Shown here: one piece after another, positions 51,975 to 64,000 of the stretch
Numbering within the stretch: position 1 is the stretch's first letter
How the letters are laid out: each line of letters begins with the position of its first letter
Source of the DNA: the human T2T-CHM13v2.0 reference genome, Homo sapiens
Length of the DNA: 64,000 bases
Assembly (NCBI RefSeq): GCF_009914755.1
Contig: NC_060936.1
Direction: 5' to 3' (one strand)
The notes under the pieces: generated by a model
What the model was told of the DNA's origin: nothing
Seen by the model: the letters and a program-made list of their open reading frames with translations, nothing else
The model's database searches: none
Translations under genes and position numbers: made by a program

Positions 51975-52432
51975 AGGCTATGTAACTTTCATGGTCTTTG
52001 AAAGTGACTCATGTACTTTCTGTATAACTGCAGTGGCAGGGAAGGGAGGGGGTATAAATATTATAGAAATTTCACCATCTGTTCTTTATTTCCCCTTGTA
52101 GATAATCTAATCCACTTAAGATACTATAATATTTTAGTGGGAAAATATATTGAAGTTGGGGGTGGGGAGAAAGGGAATGGGGAGGAAATAAATGAAATCA
52201 TAGGTATGGTGATTTAAATAGGAGTCCAAAGCTTCTTGTTTTCGTACATGTTTGGTGTTTATCATGTCAGCAGTCAGTGGTGCCCTCAAAGGTCTTGTTC
52301 TTAGAGTTCTCTAGGAACTGGGTCTAAATATCTCAGGATGCATAGTGGGACCTCACATTTGGCAAAAAGAATTAAGAGTAAAAATTATGTGAGGTCGATC
52401 ACACTTGAAGACCTTTTATCCTTTCTGATTTA

Positions 52433-52729
<297 letters not shown>

Positions 52730-53391
52730 TTAATCACATGTCAAACACAAAAAGTGATTTGCGAACACAGTATGAGCATAGCCCTTTACACTTTTTCTGG
52801 GGCCAGTTGGATCAGTTCTATGCTGATTTCTTCAGGGTTTTTATAGTCCAGTTAATGGGTGATAAAATAGCTATAAAGGAATTTAGCCATTTAAAAGTAC
52901 TTCATAATTATATAAATTGTCCAGATGTGGTGACAGTTCTAGAAATGTTCAAATAAATAATCTGAATGGTTTTATGTAATTTGAGGAACACCCTTAGTTT
53001 CCTGAAAATTAATCCTTTAGCAAATGTCAACATACTATTTAACAGAATATTGTACTTTGTAATATGTAATTGTATACATTCTTGTAGTATGATTTTCTAT
53101 TTATTATAACCCCAGTGTCTTCTCTGCTTCATTTGCAGTCAGCCTAAACACTGCCCATTTTTTGGAGGTGATTTAAGAGTATGCCATTTTGTCTAAATTT
53201 AATACTTCAAATTAATTCCTGCTGAACTTCCTGTTGTATCTTTTTTGCTGCTTCTTAAAGTTGAATGGTAATTTTGACTTCTCACTCCTCTAATCCTTCT
53301 ACTTCTCTTCACTTTTAGCTCAGATTCAACCACCAATTCACTAAATGTGAAACTAGAGCGGACAAGAGTAGTAACAGAAACAACCAATTCA

Positions 53392-53673
<282 letters not shown>

Positions 53674-55056
53674 TCAACTTCAGCAAATTTCTTCTTGTTT
53701 CACATAAATCTTTCAGGTAGTAGTGATTGTCTACCAAGAATTCTAGAATTTGAGACTTCCAGTGAATTGAGTGAATCGGAAACAGAGGTTGTGTATATCA
53801 TATACATGAACATATTACACAAATACACATATAATGCATGTTGTGAACACAGATGAATACAAGCAGGTTCAACATTAACTTAGTGTTTGATTATTAATCC
53901 TAATACACATAAATAGATAACTTTAATATCCTCAAAACTCTCATACATATACATACTTGTCCACTTTTTGCTTCTCTATTGATAATCAACCTCTTACAGA
54001 TGTGGCTCTACATGCAGAAGCTGAGGAGAGTGTGGTATTACTTAAATCACCACAGGTATCAGATCTGAATTTCTCAACAAAGTTGATAGTTTTACTTTCC
54101 TGGCATATGTAATATGGCATTGCTTAATATTACTATGAAATAATGATGCATTTAAATATAAATTTTGATATATTCTGAACCAGAGTTCATTTGATATTTT
54201 GAACCAGATTTGGGTCCTTTGTAAAGCAGAATCAATCTTGTAAATAAATTAAATCATGCTAAAACTGTAGAAGTCAAATTAAAGCAACTTTTAGAATATC
54301 TTTGCTGAATGAGGAGCAGCATATCAGATTCAAGATTGAAGGAAGAGAACCAGAAGAAGGGACTCCATACTTGGTGTGCCAAGTTACCTCTTCATTGAGA
54401 AAAGGAAGTGAGGGCTGACATGAAGTGGGATGGTCCCTGTCTGTCCTTGGCATCACTTTGTAGTGGCCCTCAGTATGGAACCACTAGAATCAGAAACTGG
54501 AAGCTGGGAGGTTCCACGGAAGTCATTGAAAAGAAATCTTTATTTTTACAGATGAGAAAGTTGAGGTCTAAAAAAGTATGACTTCCCTAAGTTCCCACAG
54601 CCGATTAGGGACAGAGCCAGGGCTAGAATTCAGGAAGCCTTCAGTCCCACCCATCAGTCTTTTTTTGCATTACACTCCCTGCACAACCCAGGCCTTGGAT
54701 ATTCAGGAAGATGGGGAAGATTTGGAGGTATGCTGACTGCAACAAAGGAGGTGGGCTCTCCCGGAAAGAAAACAACCAATCAACCACAAAGATTTCTAAC
54801 ACTCATTTGGAGAACCTCCAGAGCATCCGGAGAAACCTTTTTAATTGGTGCAATGACAAAACTTGGAACCTTTGAAAAACATTCCTTTGGTGTGGCTTGG
54901 ATTCCTAGGTACACGACTGGAGTGGTTGTTCTTGACATGCCCTGTATAAAGTGCATAGTATTTTGGAGGCTGCATAGATGCAATGACAAAATTGGATATT
55001 CTGCCATATTTGCAATTCATTGTACTGCTTATATCTGAAAAGTCACATGAGTTTGG

Positions 55057-55438
55057 TGATATGGTTTGGCTCCATGTCCCCACCCAAATCTCATGCTGAA
55101 TTGTAATCCCCAATGTTAAGGGAGGGACCTGGTGGGAGGTGATGGGATCATGGGTGCAGATTTCCCCATTGCTGTTCCTGTGTTAGTGAGTTCTCATGAG
55201 ATCTAGTTGTTTGAACGTGTGTGGCACCTCCCCCTTTGCTCTCTCTCTCTCTTCCTGCCATGCGAAGAAGGTGCTTGCTTCCCCTTCACTCTTCCACCAT
55301 GGTTGTACATTTCCTGAGGCCTCCCCAGCCATGCTTCTTGAACACCCTGTGGAACTGTGAGTTATTTAAACCTCCTTTCCTCATAAATTACCTAGTCTCG
55401 GGTAGTTCTTTATAATAGGGTGAGAATGGACTATTACA
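55057..55438 (+). mobile_element. MSTA-like MaLR solo LTR
   Basis: tgatatggtttggct start, ...ttaca end; TSD tttgg/cttgg. Confidence 0.85.
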
Positions 55439-55577
55439 CTTGGAAAATAGTGTGTTATCCAGAGAGAGAAACTCATGTTGTAAATAAACGAAGGAAGGGC
55501 TGGGAGTTAACATGATGAGCTTTGATAACAGGTTGTTGCTGACATAGATAAAATTAGTATACAGAGTAGATCTCTTA

Positions 55578-55935
<358 letters not shown>

Positions 55936-56715
55936 GAAACTTCTATTTTAATGTATTTACCCCAAGGGGTACTATTCAAATAAATGTCTAAGTGATATCT
56001 GGTTCCTACATGCAATCTTAAGTTTATTTGCCCTTTGCTACACATATTTCTTTTTGATTCTTCTAGTTATTGCTCATGCATGTTTTAGTTTTATCTTGCG
56101 CATAAAATTTTTACATAAATAACCAAAGTGAGTTGTGCTGAAGCCATGGTGTATTGTAGCTCTTCAAGAGACTTGTGTGATATAACCTTTGGAAATCCAA
56201 TAAAAACATCTACCAACTAGTAGTCCAAGTGGCATATTGAACTAAGGCTAGGAAAAAAGCTGAAATGGTGAGCCAGCTGATTCAAACCACTTGAGTGACA
56301 TTAATGGTTAAAACCACCGCCAATGAAACCCTGGGAAGGCAGCCAGATAACCAGGATATTGTTTTTGTCACAACTCAGCATTAAAGATCAGGCAAGGAGT
56401 TATGCATTATGTACCTAATATTTATGGAGCTGTGATAGAAATTATCATCCTTGAAGTGAATATGAAGGGTTCCCTACTGTTCCCAGGCACTCTGAGGGCT
56501 CATGGGTTCTGCCCTTCTATCACAAGGTTGCAAGACACCACTTGCCAAATGTGTTCCAACTCCTTTCCCCCAAGCTGTGATCCGCCTCCTAGTTTTCTTG
56601 CAGGTGATTTGACTTTCAGAGGTTTGAGATTTTGAGGTCAGAGTTACTAAAGGAGATCAGGGGCTCCAGCTCGGGCTTCTTGGGTAGAATCCCAGCTCTG
56701 CCATTCACTGGGTGA

Positions 56716-57076
<361 letters not shown>

Positions 57077-57200
57077 AGTACGTGCATTTTAAAACCAATA
57101 ATCTACTGAAGAATATATAAAAGGAAACAAATCCTATATAGATACAATGAAAAGCAATGCTAGAGGGATTTCAGCCTCCACATCAGCAAGGCTTGCCTTA

Positions 57201-57494
<294 letters not shown>

Positions 57495-57504
57495 TCAACC
57501 TCAT

Positions 57505-57787
57505 CCGGGCACAGTGGCTCATGCCTGTAATCCCAGAACTTTGGGAGTCCGAGGCGGGAGGATCACTTGAGGTCAGGAGTTTGAGACCAGCCTGACCAAC
57601 ATGGTGAAACCCTTTCTCTACTAGAAATACAGAAATTAGCCGGGCATGGTGGAACTACTCCAGAGGCCGAGGCAGGAGAATTGCTTGACTGGGAGGTGGA
57701 GGTTGCAGTGAGTCGAGATCATGCCACTGCACTCCAGCCTGGGTGACAGAGTGAGACTCTGTCTTAAACAAACAAACAAACAAAAAG
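57505..57787 (+). mobile_element. Alu within old L1M fragments (~57370-58330)
   Basis: Dimeric Alu with a small internal deletion. Confidence 0.85.
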
Positions 57788-58949
57788 CCCAACTTAACCT
57801 CAGGACAAGAATAAGATTAAAAAAGGGAAAACAAATGTTAAAATGATGGTAATCAACGTAGGAGAAGGAGGAAATACATATAGTACAAAACCTTCCTGAA
57901 GAGCAATTTGGTAAAAATATGTCACAAGCTTTAAGAATGCATATACCAATCAGCTTATAACTCTACTTCTGAGAATTATCCTAAGGAAACAATCATGAAT
58001 GTGTTTAGAGTTAACAACAGAAAAAGTCACAGTATTCTTTACAACAGCAAACATTTGAAAATAATCTAAATGTATAACAAAAGTGTGGTTAAAATATGAT
58101 GGGACAATGGAACATTAACATTCTAATTTGTATCATAAAATACAAATTAGTATAGTTGAATACTCAGAAAGACACTCCCTCTGTATTATTAAGCGAAAAA
58201 GTCAGTTTATAAAATAGCAAAAATTATAATCTCAATTTTATTTTTTGAAGACTGGTGGTCACCTATTGGGAAACAGGTGACGTTTTACTTTCTTGCTTTC
58301 TTATTTGTATTTTCTAAAATACAAAAGAAACAATTTGCAATGAAGGAAAATCTTTTAAAAGCTGGTCAAGAAAGTGATAAATGAAAGGAGAAGGACTGAG
58401 AAAAGCCAAGCTGAGCCTTAAATTATCTCCTCATTACAGAGAGCCAGGGTCCTAACTCTGGATTATTTTGTCAGATCAAGGAGACTTAGTGAGATGACAG
58501 CTTTGTGTGACACTGGGAGGTATGACAAGCCTTGGTGCAGAGGTCAGGGAGGAGACACATTGAGTTCTCCTAGCATTGTGAGGATCAGAGATAATGTTCA
58601 TAACATCTAAGGCACAATTGAAGGTGCTGAATAAATCACAGTCATTTTACTATTACAAGAATAACAATCACTTCTGGTCTCAGGAGAAGATGGCCTGCAT
58701 CATCATCCCCTGGGATGGGGACAGATGTTTGTTAAAAATCCAGTACATTTTTGTGCCCTACCCGAGACCTATGTGACTGAAAATTGCTAGGCTTGGAATG
58801 AAGAAACAGAATCGTTTAACAAGTTCCCCAGGGAATTTTTACTTGAAACTGCCAGTACAGAGTCTAGTTGGGTAGAATGGATGTGGGAGCAGGTGTAAGA
58901 GATGAAGTTGGATAATCTTACTCTAGGATGAATTGATTCAATTAAAACA

Positions 58950-59117
58950 GTTGCTCACCTTTGACTGCATATTTTAATCACCTGGGAGCTATTAAAAATC
59001 CTGACACCTGTATGTACCCCAGACCAATTACCTCAGCCTCTCTAGGGTAAAACCCCAGTATCAGTATTTTTAAAGTTCCTCAGGTGATTCCAAGCTGCAG
59101 CCAAGTTTGAGAACCAT
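58950..59117. mobile_element. MER5A-like DNA transposon
   Basis: aatcacctgggagctattaaaaat...caggtgattccaagctgcagccaagtttgagaacca. Confidence 0.7.
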
Positions 59118-60083
59118 CACACACATTAAAGGCTGAGTATCAAGGACCCAGTTTCTTCATGAGCATACATTTTATCAGTCACATATAAAGTCTCATCCGG
59201 ACAGGACAGCGAGGAGAAAAAAAAAGGGCTAGAATTAATTATTATTTCCTGCTCCATTCCCACAACTGACAGCTTAGTTCTACTAATTAATGACCACACG
59301 TTCATTAACTTCACTCCACCTCATCTCCTCCAGCTCTAGACTTTTAGTCTCATTAAGTATCTGAGTCTTTTGACCTAATGAGAACTACAGAAAGACCTGG
59401 AAAAAATCATAAGAATCATCTTGTTCAATCCAATTTTTCTAACAAGAAAATTGATACCCAGTGAGGGTAAGTGTTTTGCCCAATGCCCCACAGCAAACTC
59501 TTATCAGATCTTAGTCTAGAAATTGGATTTCCTAACTCTTAATTCAGTGTTATTTTTCTCATTCTGCAGTGTATTAACTGAAAACATGGGGTATCTAGAA
59601 ATTAATCTCAACCAAATAATTGTGTACTTTTCTCCCCCAACTTGAATTATGCTCTGATTCATGACATGTCTTAAGTACCTAGGGCCAAAGCTGGAGATTT
59701 TAAGACTTTAAGATCCTAAGAACATGCTGATGTTAATAATTGTCTAGGAGCTTTACAGATTCTCAGGACTCACGCTACACTTCTAAATCCTAATTACCCA
59801 CAGAAGGACCCAGAAGCTCTATTTTTAACAGACAAATTTATAATCAGCTAAAGTTTGTTTTTTAATCAGAAAAGTTTTGACCTTGAGTATGTAACTTTTC
59901 AAGTGATTATTTCCCTGGGAAAACGGTCTAATAGTCTCCATATCATTTTAATGTTATGAGGCAGTTGTTGGTTGCCACCTGGGATTTTTCACTGGAATAG
60001 ACATTCTCATTCTTAGGTGCCACTGAATGTCAACTATAATTTTTTTAAAACCCTGCAATTAGTGAATAAAAGTAAACATTTCA

Positions 60084-60206
<123 letters not shown>

Positions 60207-60502
60207 TTAGCTAAGGGGATAGTAAACTAAATCAAGAGAGAATTCTTATTCTCATTGATGGGAGTGATTAAGGCAAGGAATAGTTTAAAAATATCTTCAA
60301 CTCAGTGCGGACAAGAGATCCCCAGCTCTCTGGTTTCTGTCTCAGGCATGACCACCTGCATTATCTTATCCAGTTATTCCCTTGGGTGAAATTAATGAAA
60401 TATGTGATACCAATTTAGATGAGGCCGGGTTGATACGGGAGACTAAGTGAATTTACAAGAGCTTGCAAGTTTTACGTTGGAGAGAGAAAAAAATAGTGAA
60501 GG

Positions 60503-61114
60503 TGTGGCAGGCCTCCATAACAACCGTTTTAGTACTGACTGAGTGGTTAAGTTAAATATTAAAAGCCAGTGCCCTTATACAAAGGCTGGAATGTAACAAA
60601 AGCCCACCAAGAGTTTTGCCTAGGCCTTTCCTGGGCCTTAAAACATGACAAAATAACGAAGGAATTCTTCTTAACCGGACCCATTTAGGATTAAACAAGT
60701 TTTATTGGCGGTCTGAAGAAACTCCCCAGGCCTCCACAAAGAAGTTTATTGGGGGTCTGAAGGAACTCCCTAAACCTCTGTAATTTAGCAGGAGACAAGA
60801 TAAGGGTAATCACTCCAGCACCTGGACTCACTTCGATTAAGTAAACTTACTGAGGCTCCAGGAGAAGGTCTTCAGGACTCAGACCTTAGTTGTAGATTAA
60901 AAGAAGTTAATCACGTATGTCTTTAAATGAATGCATACTTACATGTAGACATATAGCTTCGAAGGTATATAAGCTCTGAAAAAAAATGTAATTTTCAGGC
61001 CTTCTCCCTGTAACTGGTTACAGAAATAAAAACTCTCTTCCTCCTCAGTTCATCTGCATCTTGTTATTGGGCCACGAGAAATATCAGCCCAACCCTCAGT
61101 TTGGTGGGGGAACA
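60503..61114 (+). mobile_element. ERV1-type solo LTR (probably LTR10 family; subfamily uncertain), antisense to GUCY2C
   Basis: tgtggcaggcc...gggaaca termini, perfect 4-bp TSD aagg; tatataa and aataaa present. Confidence 0.75.
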
Positions 61115-61284
61115 AAGGCTCAGTGAATATGAGGCAAATGGCTCCAAATGGAATAAAAGCCGTACTGTCCATGGTTCTAACTTATAGCAAACAATAGTAT
61201 CACCTGGGGAGCATCTGCACAATTTCTTATGCCCAGGCACCACCCTAAGTCATTCTGATTTAATATATTTTGAAGTGGTCTTAG

Positions 61285-61393
61285 TAGGGTTCCCAGATTT
61301 AGCAAGAAAAATAAAGGACATCAAGTTAAACTTGGATTTCAGATAAACAATAAGTAATTCCTTAGTATAAGTATGTCGCAAATATTGTATGGG
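61285..61393 (+). mobile_element. MER53-like fragment inside a MER5-like element
   Basis: tagggttcccagatttagcaag...tttcagataaacaa...agtataagtatgtc. Confidence 0.6.
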
Positions 61394-61829
61394 CAAAGGG
61401 CAGTGGTAGATTTTTAAGCTCTTTGGTGATTATAATGCACAGCTGCAGTAGAGAAGTGACATGGAAAAAAGGGAGGTATGGAGGAAGAGGTAGGGAGACA
61501 GGAGGAAGCCCAACTGCTCATCTGCTACCACCTGTTTGCAGCTTTTTTTTTTTTAAATCAAAATGTGTGGTGAAAACCATTTGTTTTAAATAAACTTTGT
61601 TTTTCACTCCGGCTAAAAACAAGATCATAAGTGATACTAGATGCAATCCCTGTCCCTGTACTTTGTCTGAACAATTCCCTGGGAAGGAACTAGAGCCGCG
61701 GTATAGCCTGTGGTGCCAATATTCACCACTAGATGATGCTCCTGCCTTGGTAAGTCATCTGCTGACTACCTTAGAGCAGAATAGGCAGAAACAGCAAACT
61801 GGGCCGATCCTGTGCCACAGAGTGAAATA

Positions 61830-62172
61830 CTGTCAGCCCTCTGTCTCCATGGGTTCTGCATTCGTGGATTCAACCAAATGGGAATGGAAAATGTTTGGAA
61901 AAAACAGCATGGTTTTGTCTGTGTTGAACATGTACCGACCTTTTTTTTCTTGTCATTATTCCCTAAACAATACAGTACCACAAATATTTACATAGTATTT
62001 ACATCATGTTAGGGATTATAAGCAATCTAGAGATAATTTAAAGTACATAGGATAATGTATGCAGGTTATATGCACATGATATGCCATTTTATATCAGATC
62101 CTTGAGCCGCTGTGGATTTTGGTATCCACAGGGGTTCCTGGGACCAATTCCCTATGGATGGAGAGACGACTC
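61830..62172 (+). mobile_element. MER2 (Tigger-derived) element with TA TSD
   Basis: ta|ctgtcagccctc...gacgactc|ta. Confidence 0.8.
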
Positions 62173-62666
62173 TACTGGGTGTTTCTGGGGCATTGCTGAG
62201 TGATCTAGTTTCGACTCTGTATTCTGTTGGAATCAGTTACTTGACATGAAATTTTATTCCTCATTTCTAATTCCAGAACTGTCCAACTACACAAATGAAT
62301 TAAAGATGATGCTGTTTTAGTGAATAAGGTTTTACTATTTGGATATACTCAGATTAGAAAAAAAGGGCTTGAGAAAGGATATGCTGATTGTGTGGAGGAA
62401 TCCTGGAATTCAGAAAAGCAGGACGAAAGAAAGGAATGAGGAGAAGGCAGGGCTAGGAGCAGCTGTACTTCGGAAAGCTGTATTTCAACATACTATTACT
62501 ATTGAAAAAGAAAGGGAAGGGGAGAGGTAAAAATGACCCACTCATGCCCTGCAGAGTCTGGCCATAAAACTCATCTGGCAGTGTCTTTGTAAATGGAAGG
62601 AAAATGTTTCTATTTTTATCCCACAAGGAACAAAAGATGTTTTTGTTTAAAGATTATAAATGTCTT

Positions 62667-63812
<1,146 letters not shown>

Positions 63813-64000
63813 TCATAAATATCTTAAAATACTTTACTCACTATCTTCTTGGATTATTAAGGCTCAGGTAAAATGCTAAAAGGAAAAATAATTAGAAATT
63901 TTTCACAGGGCTTCAAGGCCTTTTTGAGGGACAATTACAAAAGCAAATGTAAAGAGCTTTTGCTCCATTTCCTTCAGAGGAAGGATAAAATGAGTGGAAG

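Overview
Primate (human-like) genomic DNA. It contains the 3' end of GUCY2C (guanylate cyclase C, the STa/guanylin receptor) on the minus strand. Eight coding exons between 60182 and 44564 were assembled by hand; all have GT-AG junctions and consistent phases. They encode 354 aa: the end of the kinase-homology domain, the coiled-coil linker, the cyclase catalytic domain and the C-terminal tail ending STYF*. A 3' UTR of about 480 nt with AATAAA follows. Positions 1-43900 are repeat-dense and non-coding: over 30 Alus, a near full-length Tigger3/GOLEM transposon broken up by five Alus, MER4 and MER52 solo LTRs, about 19 kb of nested minus-strand L1s, a 75-bp VNTR and an ~865-bp TA-rich minisatellite. 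No new multi-gene system is evident. The most unusual observations are: (1) a diverged ~530-bp direct copy of the GUCY2C 3' UTR inside the last intron, just downstream of an exon whose unspliced read-through hits a stop at once, with an AATAAA at a new position (candidate tail-less GC-C isoform); (2) a 177-bp near-perfect palindrome in the preceding intron; (3) inverted Alus closely flanking the in-frame-skippable linker exon; (4) an intronic LTR carrying HNF1/CDX/GATA motifs; (5) several rearrangement scars in the repeats. Repeat subfamily names, exon numbers and residue numbers come from recall of consensus/reference sequences, not from a search.
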